This document shows, one piece after another, positions 1 to 8,534 of a stretch of 64,000 nt of DNA; position 1 is the first letter of the stretch, and each line of letters begins with the position of its first letter. A program made the translations under genes and the position numbers. The stretch is from Thermoanaerobaculia bacterium. Lineage in GTDB: Bacteria; Acidobacteriota; Thermoanaerobaculia; UBA5066. The DNA lies in assembly GCA_963719225.1 (NCBI GenBank), contig CAVRAY010000001.1:2944001-3008000 (forward strand), written 5' to 3'. The notes beneath the pieces were generated by a model, which was given only the letters and a program-made list of their open reading frames with translations, was not told where the DNA came from and did no database searches.

Positions 1-271
1 TCGCGACCTTCAGGGAGAAGAGGAGGAAGAGTCCGACGAGAACCGCCGCCACGAACGGGATCGGAGAGCCGGCGACGCCCGCGAAGATGCCTCCGGCCGC
101 GAGCGAGATGAAGAACGCGAGCAGGCTCACGCCGCTGACGTAACGGCGCGCCTGCAGGTCCTTCTCGCTTTCGCGATGCCGCCGGTCGGAAGCCGATCGC
201 CGCGGCGACACGGTGGCGTTCGCGTCCGCCTTCGCCTTTTCGGCAAGCTGACGGATCGTTCTGACGAGCAT
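1..271 (-). CDS. Probable SPFH/band-7 (slipin-like) membrane protein, 5' part; runs off the window
   Basis: Not in the ORF track. Manual translation from ATG 271: MLVRTIRQLAEKAK...VSLLAFFISLAAGGIFAGVAGSPIPFVAAVLVGLFLLFSLKVA. Two hydrophobic helices end in FSLKVA, as at the start of SPFH domains. GGAGG RBS overlaps the GntR stop. Confidence 0.5.
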   Translation of the reverse strand, partial: MLVRTIRQLAEKAKADANATVSPRRSASDRRHRESEKDLQARRYVSGVSLLAFFISLAAGGIFAGVAGSPIPFVAAVLVGLFLLFSLKVA

Positions 272-275
272 GGCG

Positions 276-668
276 CTACCTCCTGCCGGCTTCCTCGGTC
301 TTCCCGAGGAGAGCGTCGGCGAACTCATCGGACGTGAATCCCTGCGCCGTCGCGAGGGACAGGAACTGGTCCACGAGGCGGTCGAGGGCCTTGCGGCGCT
401 CGGCCGTGCGTTTCTCGGGCTTGCGGTGGGCGACGAACGTGCCCGTGCCCTGCTGCGTCTCCACGATCCCCCGGATCTCCATCTCCCGATAGGCCCGCGC
501 GATCGTGTTCAGGTTGACGGAAAGGTCCACGGCGAGCTGTCGCACCGTCGGGAGCTGCGTCCCCGCCTTCAGGCGTCCGTCGGCCACGGCGAGGAGGACC
601 TGGTCGATGATCTGCCGGTAGAACGGCACCCCGGAGCCGGTATCGAGGCGGAACGGCGGGCTCGCCAT
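276..668 (-). CDS. GntR family transcriptional regulator, YtrA subfamily
   Basis: PFYRQIIDQV...LPTVRQLAVDLSVNLNTIARAYREME...GTFV winged HTH with a short C-terminal helix; 130 aa. Confidence 0.93.
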   Translation of the reverse strand: MASPPFRLDTGSGVPFYRQIIDQVLLAVADGRLKAGTQLPTVRQLAVDLSVNLNTIARAYREMEIRGIVETQQGTGTFVAHRKPEKRTAERRKALDRLVDQFLSLATAQGFTSDEFADALLGKTEEAGRR

Positions 669-674
669 GTCTCT

Positions 675-703
675 AATATACTAGTCAACTAGTACAATGT
701 CAA
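675..703 (-). promoter_or_regulatory. Sigma70 promoter of gntR with a YtrA-type palindromic operator in the spacer
   Basis: Minus strand TTGACA (703-698), 17 nt, TATATT (680-675), 6 nt, ATG (668). Perfect inverted repeat TACTAGT-CA-ACTAGTA at 679-694. Confidence 0.8.
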
Positions 704-718
704 GGGCCGTCGGATCCC

Positions 719-1120
719 CTAGAGAACGTCGGCCAGGGTCGTCTTCTCGAGCCGGGAGGAAACCAGGTCCCGGATCTCCTTGAAGACGCGGAGGAGCCGC
801 TTTTCCCTCTCGACGGGCGTCGGCTCGTAGAAATACGTGCTGACCGACTCGGTCGGCGCGAGAGCGCCATCCAGCAGCCGGATCACCTCGGCGAGCGAGA
901 TCTTGCCGGCCGGCCGCGCGAGGCGGTACCCGCCGTGCGGCCCCTTCTGGCTCTGCACGAGCCGCGCACGCTTGAGGGCCATCAACAGCTGCTCGAGGAA
1001 CTTCGCGGGCAGCCCCTGCGCCTCGGCCATCGCCGCCACGGCCACGTAGCCCTCCCCTTTCGCGCGGGCGAGGTGAAGGAGCGCGAGGAGGGCGTACTCG
1101 CTGCGCCGCGTGAGCTTCAT
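719..1120 (-). CDS. Rrf2 family transcriptional regulator (CymR-like, no Cys)
   Basis: MKLTRRSEYALLALLHLA...FLEQLLMALKRARLVQSQKGPHGGYRLARP signature; divergent from the sulfate operon. Confidence 0.93.
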   Translation of the reverse strand: MKLTRRSEYALLALLHLARAKGEGYVAVAAMAEAQGLPAKFLEQLLMALKRARLVQSQKGPHGGYRLARPAGKISLAEVIRLLDGALAPTESVSTYFYEPTPVEREKRLLRVFKEIRDLVSSRLEKTTLADVL

Positions 1121-1142
1121 GGCCGATTTCTCCCGGCCGATA

Positions 1143-1174
1143 ATACTTGACTAGACCAGTGGGGTAAATAACAT
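1143..1174 (+). promoter_or_regulatory. Promoter of the sbp operon with an overlapping Rrf2/IscR-type operator
   Basis: TTGACT (1147-1152), 16 nt, TAACAT (1169-1174), 7 nt, ATG. ATACTTGACTAGACCAGTGGGGTAA resembles the IscR type-1 box. Confidence 0.6.
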
Positions 1175-1181
1175 AAGAAAA

Positions 1182-2138
1182 ATGCTCGCCACCCTCGCCG
1201 TGGTTACCCTCCTCAACGTCTCCTACGACCCCACGCGCGAGCTGTACGACGAGATCAACGCTGCGTTCGCGAGAGCGTGGCTGGCAGAGACCGGCCAGAA
1301 GGTCACGATCAATCAGTCGCACGGGGGCTCCGGCAAGCAGGCCCGGTCCGTCATCGACGGCCTCGAGGCCGACGTCGTGACGCTCGCCCTCTCCGGCGAC
1401 GTCGACGCGATCGCGACGCGGTCCGGCCTCCTGCCCGCGACGTGGCAGGCGCGCCTTCCGCGGAACAGCGCTCCCTTCACCTCCACGATCGTCTTCGTCG
1501 TCCGCGCGGGGAACCCGAAGGGGATCCGGGACTGGGACGACCTCCCGAAGCCCGGCGTCGCGGTCGTCACGCCGAATCCCAAGACGTCCGGCGGCGCCCG
1601 CTGGAATTACCTCGCGGCCTGGGGCTACGCTCTGAAGAGACCGGGCGGAAGCGCGAAGACCGCGCGCGACTTTCTGTCGGCTCTTTTCCGGAACGTTTCC
1701 GTTCTCGACGCCGGCGCCCGAGGCGCCACGACGACGTTCGCCGAGCGCGGTCTCGGGGACGTCCTCATCGCATGGGAGAGCGAGGCGCTCTTCCTGACGA
1801 AGGAAGTCGGCAAGGGCCGTTTCGAGATCGTCGTTCCGTCCGTCAGCATCCTCGCAGAGCCGCCGGTCGCCCTCGTGGACAGGAATGCCGACAAGCACGG
1901 CACCCGTGCAGCGGCACAGGCCTACCTCGAGTTCCTTTACACGGACGAGGCGCAGGCGATCGCCGCGAAGCACCACTTCAGGCCGGGGAGCGCGAGGGCC
2001 GCGGCCTCTCACGCGGGCGACTTCCCGAAGATCTCCCTCTTCACGATCGACGACGTCTTCGGCGGATGGGGGCGGGCCCAGAAGGCCCACTTCGACGACG
2101 GCGGCGCGTTCGACCAGATCTACCAGGCCGGCCGATGA
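1182..2138 (+). CDS. sbp: Sulfate ABC transporter substrate-binding protein
   Basis: [57 protein letters not shown] motifs. Confidence 0.95.
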   Translation: MLATLAVVTLLNVSYDPTRELYDEINAAFARAWLAETGQKVTINQSHGGSGKQARSVIDGLEADVVTLALSGDVDAIATRSGLLPATWQARLPRNSAPFTSTIVFVVRAGNPKGIRDWDDLPKPGVAVVTPNPKTSGGARWNYLAAWGYALKRPGGSAKTARDFLSALFRNVSVLDAGARGATTTFAERGLGDVLIAWESEALFLTKEVGKGRFEIVVPSVSILAEPPVALVDRNADKHGTRAAAQAYLEFLYTDEAQAIAAKHHFRPGSARAAASHAGDFPKISLFTIDDVFGGWGRAQKAHFDDGGAFDQIYQAGR

Positions 2139-3808
2139 GAGGAGCCCGCCGGCACGGGGTTCTTCCCGGGTTCGGGCCCGCTTTCGGCGTCACCCTTCTC
2201 TACGTCGGCCTCCTGGTCCTCGTGCCCCTCGCCGCGCTTTTCGTGGAGACAGCGGGCCTTTCGCCCGCGGAGCTTCTCCGCGTCGTGACGGCGCCCCGCG
2301 CGCTCGCGGCCTACCGCCTGAGCTTCGGGGCCGCGCTCGCCGCCGCGCTCCTCAACGCGGTCTTCGGCCTCCTCCTCGCCTGGGTGCTGGCCCGCTACCG
2401 CTTCCGGGGGCGCGCGTTCGTGGACGCGATCGTGGATCTTCCCTTCGCGCTTCCGACGGCCGTCGCGGGTCTCACGCTCACGGCGCTGTACTCCAGCCAC
2501 GGCTGGATCGGCCGCATTCTCGAGCCGCTCGGACTCAAGGTCGCCTTCACGCCCGTCGGCGTGGTCCTCGCGCTCACGTTCGTCGGCCTGCCGTTCGTCG
2601 TCCGGACGGTCCAGCCGGTCCTCGAGGACCTCGACGCGGAGCTGGAGGAGGTCGCGGCCGTGCTCGGGGCCTCGCGCCTTCAGACGTTCGTCCGCATCGT
2701 GTTTCCGAACCTCCTCCCGCCGCTCCTGACGGGGTTCACGCTGGCCTTCGCGCGGGCGCTCGGGGAATACGGCTCGATCGTGTTCGTTTCGGGCAACATG
2801 CCGTTCCGCACCGAGATCGCGCCCCTTCTCATCGTGACGAAGCTCGAGCAGTACGACACGGCCGGAGCCGCGGCGATCGCGCTCGTCCTCCTCGTGACGT
2901 CGTTCGCCCTCGTGTTCACGATCAACGCGCTGCAGCGCTGGACGCGGCGCCGGGCGGGGGCGTCCACCGTGATCGGACGCGGCTTCCGGCTCGCTCCCGC
3001 GCTGGCGGACGCGCCGGCTCTGCGGCGGGGCCTCCTGGCCACGGCGATCCTCTTTCTCGGACTCTTCCTCTTCGCGCCGCTCGCGGCCGTCTTCGCGCAG
3101 GCGCTCGCCAAGGGTCCGGCGGCCTATCTGGCGGCGATCACCCGGCCCGCCGCCCTCGCGGCGATTCGTCTCACGCTCCTGACGGCCGCGATCGCGGTGC
3201 CGCTGCACCTCGTCTTCGGAGTGGTCGCGGCGTGGCTCGTCGCGAAGTTCCGATTTCGGGGAAAGGCTCTCCTCGTCTCGCTCATCGACCTTCCGTTCGC
3301 GGTCTCCCCGGTCATCGCCGGCCTCGTGTTCGTCCTGCTCTTCGGACGGCAGGGACTCCTGGGCCCCTTCCTCGCCGCGCACGACTGGAAAGTCATCTTC
3401 GCGGTCCCCGGGATCGTCCTCGCGACGGTCTTCGTGACGTTTCCGTTCGTCGCCCGAGAGGTTCTCGCCGTCCTCGAAGCGCAGGGAAACGAAGAGGAGG
3501 AGGCCGCTCTCACGCTCGGGGCGGGCGGCTGGCAGACGTTCTTCCGCGTGACGCTCCCGAAGGCGCGCTGGGGAATCCTCTACGGCGCCGTGCTGTGTAA
3601 CGCGCGCGCGATGGGAGAGTTCGGCGCGGTCTCGGTCGTGTCGGGGCACATCCGCGGCGTGACGAACACGATGCCGCTCCACGTCGAGATCCTCTACAAC
3701 GAGTACGACTTCACGGGCGCGTTCGCGGTTGCATCGCTTCTGACCTTCCTCGCTCTCGTCACGCTCGCGGCGCGGAAGCTGGCGGAGGCGCGGGTGAGAT
3801 CGGCATGA
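2135..3808 (+). CDS. cysT: Sulfate ABC transporter permease, CysT-CysW fused in one reading frame
   Basis: ATG 2135 overlaps the sbp stop (ATGA). First half [12 protein letters not shown]...ARALGEYGS is CysT; second half [12 protein letters not shown]...[20 protein letters not shown] is CysW; no stop between them. Confidence 0.88.
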   Translation: MRGARRHGVLPGFGPAFGVTLLYVGLLVLVPLAALFVETAGLSPAELLRVVTAPRALAAYRLSFGAALAAALLNAVFGLLLAWVLARYRFRGRAFVDAIVDLPFALPTAVAGLTLTALYSSHGWIGRILEPLGLKVAFTPVGVVLALTFVGLPFVVRTVQPVLEDLDAELEEVAAVLGASRLQTFVRIVFPNLLPPLLTGFTLAFARALGEYGSIVFVSGNMPFRTEIAPLLIVTKLEQYDTAGAAAIALVLLVTSFALVFTINALQRWTRRRAGASTVIGRGFRLAPALADAPALRRGLLATAILFLGLFLFAPLAAVFAQALAKGPAAYLAAITRPAALAAIRLTLLTAAIAVPLHLVFGVVAAWLVAKFRFRGKALLVSLIDLPFAVSPVIAGLVFVLLFGRQGLLGPFLAAHDWKVIFAVPGIVLATVFVTFPFVAREVLAVLEAQGNEEEEAALTLGAGGWQTFFRVTLPKARWGILYGAVLCNARAMGEFGAVSVVSGHIRGVTNTMPLHVEILYNEYDFTGAFAVASLLTFLALVTLAARKLAEARVRSA

Positions 3809-4545
3809 GCGTCGTCGTGACGGATCTCAAGCGCCGCTTCACGCCGGACGGGCCGCCGGCCGTCGCGGGCGTCTCGTTCACCGCGCCCACGGGCGCGATC
3901 ACGGGCATCCTGGGCCCGTCCGGGGCCGGGAAGTCGACGGTCCTGCGCCTGATCGCCGGGCTCGAGGAACCGGACGAGGGCCGCGTCCTGCTGCACGGCG
4001 AGGACGTCACGGAAGTCCCGGTCCAGAAGCGCGGCGTCGGCTTCGTGTTCCAGGGCTATGCGCTCTTCGGACATCTCTCCGTGCGCGAGAACGTTCTCTT
4101 CGGCCTGCGCGTCCGGCACGTTCCGCGAAAGGAAGCGTCGGAGCGGGCAGACGACCTCCTCCACCGCGTCCAGCTCGACCGATTCGGCGAACGCCGCCCG
4201 TCGGAGCTCTCCGGCGGCCAGAGGCAGCGCGTGGCCTTCGCTCGGGCTCTCGCCGTGAACCCGCGCGTCCTCCTTCTCGACGAGCCGTTCGGCGCCCTCG
4301 ACGCGGGCGTGCGGCTCGAGCTCGGCGAGTGGCTCCTCAGGCTTCACGAAGAAACGGGCCTGACCACGCTCCTCGTCACGCACGACCAGCCGGAGGCGTT
4401 CGCGCTCGCCGAGCGCCTCGTCGTCCTTCTCGACGGGAAGGTCGCGCAGGCGGGCACGCCGGGGGAGCTGCGCGCGCATCCAGCCGACGGGCGCCTCGAG
4501 GCCTTCCTCAGGGTCGTCTCGCGCGGACCGAGTGGTTCTTCCTGA
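3805..4545 (+). CDS. cysA: Sulfate ABC transporter ATP-binding protein (short; no C-terminal TOBE domain)
   Basis: GPSGAGKST Walker A, LSGGQRQRVA, LLLDEPFGALD, VTHDQ; operon context; 246 aa. Confidence 0.88.
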   Translation: MSVVVTDLKRRFTPDGPPAVAGVSFTAPTGAITGILGPSGAGKSTVLRLIAGLEEPDEGRVLLHGEDVTEVPVQKRGVGFVFQGYALFGHLSVRENVLFGLRVRHVPRKEASERADDLLHRVQLDRFGERRPSELSGGQRQRVAFARALAVNPRVLLLDEPFGALDAGVRLELGEWLLRLHEETGLTTLLVTHDQPEAFALAERLVVLLDGKVAQAGTPGELRAHPADGRLEAFLRVVSRGPSGSS

Positions 4546-4548
4546 CGA

Positions 4549-5724
4549 TCAGCCCCAGCGCGGCTGCTCGTCGGGGCTGATCCCGAGAGTCAGCTTTCCG
4601 ACGATCTCGTGGGTCAGCGCCGAGTTCGCCGGGTGGAAGCGGCCCGCACGGGCGTCGCGGAAGAGCCTTTCCAGCTCGCTCTTCTTGAACATGCCGAAGC
4701 CGCCGGACAGGTCGAGCGCGCGGTCCACGATCCGGAACGCGCCTTCGACCACGTGATACTTCATCGCGACGAGCCTGAGGAACCAGTCGGGACCGATGGC
4801 GCCCCGGGTCCAGTCCCGCGCGATCGCGTCGACGTGGGGACCCATCGACTCGAGCTCGATCGAGATCTCCGCGATGCCGTGCTGGATCTCCGGGTGATAG
4901 ATCATCGGCCGCGTGAGCCCGATCGACGTCTTCGTCTTCAGCTGTTCGACCAGGACGTCGCGCGTCCTGAGGCCGATCGCGTAGTAGACGTTCGCGAAGC
5001 CCACGAGGGCCCACGTGAAGAAGCCGAGGACGAACATGTCGACGCCCGCGACGCCCGCCGGGATCACGCGGGCGACGTACTTGTCGGGCACGAACGCCCC
5101 CTCGAGGATCGTGTCGTCGCTCCGCGTCGCCCGCATCCCGAGGACGTCCCAGGTCTCCTTGACGGTGACGCCTTTCGTGCCGCGCGGCAGGTACCCGTGA
5201 ACGATCTTCGGGGCGGTCGGGTCGCTCGTGTCCATCGCATGCAGTCCGAGACGCGTCCAGACGGGGGTCAGGCTGCCGAAGGCCTTGTGCCCCGTGAAGC
5301 GCCAGCCCCCGTCGGCGCGTTCCGCCTTCGCGGTGGAGAGGAGACCCGGGATGTCGTTGCCGTGCTCGGCGTGCCCGGCGGCGAACACCTCTCCAGCGGC
5401 GGCTTCCTTGAGGATCCACTCGAGGGACTTGTCGCCGCTCCGCCAGAGGTCGGCCGCGTCGCCGACCCAGTAGTTGTGCATGTTGATGCATAGCGCGGTG
5501 GCGGGCGCGTAGAGAGCGAGCTTGCGCGTCTCGAGGGCCACCTCCTCGAGCGTCATCCCCGCGCCGCCGAACTCCTTCGGCACCGCCATGAGGAGGTACC
5601 CAGCGGCCTTCAGGTCGTCGAAGTCCTCCTGGCAGAAGCGGTTCTCGCGGTCGTAGAGAGGGGCCCTCTCGCGGCACTTGGCGAGCAGAGTGTCCGTGAG
5701 CACGTGGTTCGTCGCAACGGACAT
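4549..5724 (-). CDS. Acyl-CoA dehydrogenase family flavoprotein
   Basis: VPKEFGGAG, GWRFTGHKAFGS, WDVLGMRATRSDD, LERLFRDARAG. Start moved to ATG 5724, which follows a GGAGGTG RBS. Confidence 0.88.
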   Translation of the reverse strand: MSVATNHVLTDTLLAKCRERAPLYDRENRFCQEDFDDLKAAGYLLMAVPKEFGGAGMTLEEVALETRKLALYAPATALCINMHNYWVGDAADLWRSGDKSLEWILKEAAAGEVFAAGHAEHGNDIPGLLSTAKAERADGGWRFTGHKAFGSLTPVWTRLGLHAMDTSDPTAPKIVHGYLPRGTKGVTVKETWDVLGMRATRSDDTILEGAFVPDKYVARVIPAGVAGVDMFVLGFFTWALVGFANVYYAIGLRTRDVLVEQLKTKTSIGLTRPMIYHPEIQHGIAEISIELESMGPHVDAIARDWTRGAIGPDWFLRLVAMKYHVVEGAFRIVDRALDLSGGFGMFKKSELERLFRDARAGRFHPANSALTHEIVGKLTLGISPDEQPRWG

Positions 5725-5822
5725 GACGTCACCTCCGGAATTCCCGTCTGAAGTTCCCTTGGAGCGCGCGGATTTTGACGCGTTTGCGATGAGAGTCAAT
5801 CTCAACCGTAAAATAGAGCCGC

Positions 5823-8477
5823 ATGATCGAGCCCAGCGCGTCCGATCCGGAGTCGCTGCGACTCGCGGAGGACCGTGTCCGGAAGAAGAACTGGAAGCGG
5901 TGGGGCCCGTATCTTTCCGAGCGTCAGTGGGGAACCGTCCGCGAGGACTACAGCCCGGACGGTGCGGCCTGGGACTACTTCCCCCACGACATCGCGCGCT
6001 CGCGGGCGTATCGCTGGGGCGAGGACGGCATCGCCGGCATTTCCGACCGGCACGGAAGCCTCTGCCTCGCGCTCGCGCTTTGGAACGGGGTGGACCCGTA
6101 CCTGAAGGAGCGCCTCTTCGGCCTCAGCGGCTCCGAAGGAAACCACGGCGAGGACGTCAAGGAGTATTACTTCTATCTCGACTCCACGCCGACGCACTCG
6201 TACATGCGGATGCTGTACAAGTACCCGCAGGCGGAGTTCCCGTACGCGAAGCTGCGCGAGGAGAACGCGCGTCGCGGCAGGCGGGAGCTGGAGTACGAGC
6301 TCCTCGACACCGGCGTCTTTTCGGAGAATCGTTACTTCGACGTCTTCGTGACGTATGCGAAGGTTTCGCCGGAGGACATCCTCGCGGAGATCGAGGTCGT
6401 CAACCGCGGGCCCCAGGCCGCGACGATTCACGTCCTTCCGACGCTCTGGTTCCGCAATACATGGTCGTGGGGCCTCAACGCGCGGAAGCCGCGCGCGCGG
6501 AAAGTCGAAGGCCCTGCGGGCGCGGCGGCGGTCGCGATCACGCACCCCGCTTACGGCGACCGCACGCTCTACGCCGAAGGAGCGCCGGAGCTCCTGTTCA
6601 CCGAGAACGAGACGAACCACCGGTTTCTCTACGGCACCGAGAACGACGGGCCGTACGTGAAGGACGCGTTCAACGAGCGCGTGGTCCACGGCGTGGAAGA
6701 GGCGGTGAACCCCGCGGGTTTCGGAACGAAAGCCGCAGCGTGGTATCGGCTCGAGATCCCGGCGGGCGGATCGATGAAGGTTCGGCTGCGCCTGACGGAC
6801 GTGAAGCCGGCGGATCCGCTCGGTCCCTCCTTCGATGCATCTCTCGCGGTCCGCCGCGCGGAGGCGGACGCGTTCTACGCAAACGTGATCCCGAACGACG
6901 TCTCGGACGACGCGAAGAGCGTCATGCGCCAGTCGTTCGGCGGCCTCCTGTGGAGCAAGCAGTATTACGGCTTCGAGATCGCGCGCTGGCTGAAGGGCGA
7001 TCCCGACCAGCCCCCGCCGCCGGCGCAGCGCCGGCACGGCCGCAACGCAGAGTGGGGGCACCTCTACAACGCCGACGTCATGTCGATGCCGGACAAGTGG
7101 GAGTACCCGTGGTACGCCGCGTGGGACCTCGCGTTCCACACGGTGCCGCTCGCGCTCGTGGATCCCGACTTCGCCAAGCAGCAGCTCATCCTCCTCCTGC
7201 GCGAGTGGTACATGCACCCGAACGGGCAGCTGCCCGCGTACGAGTGGAAGTTCAGCGACGTGAATCCTCCCGTCCACGCGTGGGCCGCGTGGCGCGTCTA
7301 CAAGATCGACGCGAAGCGCTCGGGGAAAGCAGACCGCAAGTTTCTCGAGCGGGTGTTCCACAAGCTGCTCCTGAACTTCACGTGGTGGGTGAACCGCAAG
7401 GACGAGGAGGGCCGGAACGTCTTCCAGGGAGGCTTTCTCGGCCTCGACAACATCGGCGTCTTCGACCGCAGCGCTCCGCTGCCCACCGGCGGCCACCTCG
7501 AGCAGTCGGACGGCACGAGCTGGATGGGCATGTATTGCCTCAACATGCTCGCGATCGCCCTCGAGCTTTCCCGCGGGGACGCCGCCTACGAAGACGTCGC
7601 GTCCAAGTTCTTCGAGCACTTCGTCTACATCGCGCGCGCCATGAACAACCTCGGCGGCGAAGGCATCGAGCTGTGGGACAAGCAGGACGGCTTCTATTAC
7701 GACGTCCTGCACCTTCCCGGCGGCGGCCGCCTCCCGATGCGCATTCGTTCGATGGTGGGCCTCATCCCCCTCTTCGCGGTGGAGACGCTGGAGCCCGACG
7801 TCGTGGACCGCCTGCCCGGCTTCAAGCGGCGCATGCAGTGGTTCATCGACAACCGGCCGGACTTCGCGAGCCACGTCGAGACGATCTCGACGGACGACGG
7901 CCCGCGCCGTTTCCTCTCTCTCGTGAACCGCCACCGGTTGCATTCGGTGTGCTCGTACCTCCTCGACCCCGAGGAGTTCCTCTCGGACTTCGGCATCCGC
8001 GCGCTCTCGCGTTTCCACAGGGAGCACCCGTACGTGATCGACGTCATGGGCATGGAGCACCGAGTGGATTACGAGCCGGCCGAGTCGTCCACCGGCCTCT
8101 TCGGCGGGAACTCGAACTGGCGAGGGCCGATCTGGTTTCCCGTGAACTACCTCATCATCGAGTCGCTCCAGAAGTTCCACCACTTCCTGGGAGATTCGTT
8201 CCAGGTCGAGTTCCCGACGCGCTCGGGAAAGAAGTCGACGCTGTGGGACGTCGCCGGCGAGCTCTCGCGCCGCCTCACGCGAATCTTCCTGAAGGACGAG
8301 AGCGGGAGGCGGCCCGTCTACGGAGGCACCGAGACGTTCCAGACCGATCCACATTGGCGCGACTACGTCCTCTTCTACGAGTATTTCCACGGCGATCTCG
8401 GCGCCGGGATCGGCGCGAGCCACCAGACCGGCTGGACGGGACTCGTCGCGAAGCTGATCCAGCAAAGCGGCGATTAG
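5823..8477 (+). CDS. GH63-like (MGH1-like) glucosidase
   Basis: [62 protein letters not shown]. Confidence 0.92.
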   Translation: MIEPSASDPESLRLAEDRVRKKNWKRWGPYLSERQWGTVREDYSPDGAAWDYFPHDIARSRAYRWGEDGIAGISDRHGSLCLALALWNGVDPYLKERLFGLSGSEGNHGEDVKEYYFYLDSTPTHSYMRMLYKYPQAEFPYAKLREENARRGRRELEYELLDTGVFSENRYFDVFVTYAKVSPEDILAEIEVVNRGPQAATIHVLPTLWFRNTWSWGLNARKPRARKVEGPAGAAAVAITHPAYGDRTLYAEGAPELLFTENETNHRFLYGTENDGPYVKDAFNERVVHGVEEAVNPAGFGTKAAAWYRLEIPAGGSMKVRLRLTDVKPADPLGPSFDASLAVRRAEADAFYANVIPNDVSDDAKSVMRQSFGGLLWSKQYYGFEIARWLKGDPDQPPPPAQRRHGRNAEWGHLYNADVMSMPDKWEYPWYAAWDLAFHTVPLALVDPDFAKQQLILLLREWYMHPNGQLPAYEWKFSDVNPPVHAWAAWRVYKIDAKRSGKADRKFLERVFHKLLLNFTWWVNRKDEEGRNVFQGGFLGLDNIGVFDRSAPLPTGGHLEQSDGTSWMGMYCLNMLAIALELSRGDAAYEDVASKFFEHFVYIARAMNNLGGEGIELWDKQDGFYYDVLHLPGGGRLPMRIRSMVGLIPLFAVETLEPDVVDRLPGFKRRMQWFIDNRPDFASHVETISTDDGPRRFLSLVNRHRLHSVCSYLLDPEEFLSDFGIRALSRFHREHPYVIDVMGMEHRVDYEPAESSTGLFGGNSNWRGPIWFPVNYLIIESLQKFHHFLGDSFQVEFPTRSGKKSTLWDVAGELSRRLTRIFLKDESGRRPVYGGTETFQTDPHWRDYVLFYEYFHGDLGAGIGASHQTGWTGLVAKLIQQSGD

Positions 8478-8534
8478 CCGCGATGCGAACAGCGGAGCGC
8501 AAATGACAGATAAGCTCATTCAGCTTCGCGGTGA

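Noticed and set aside
1277-2134. N-terminal 286 aa of the 843-aa ORF
   Set aside because: Off-frame overlap with sbp; the permease starts at the ATGA overlap at 2135.
5802-8519. Long antisense or alternate-frame ORFs (also 26399-29557, 44126-45718, 55642-57582 and many others)
   Set aside because: Shadow ORFs expected from high GC3 bias opposite well-supported genes; they contain no recognisable motifs.
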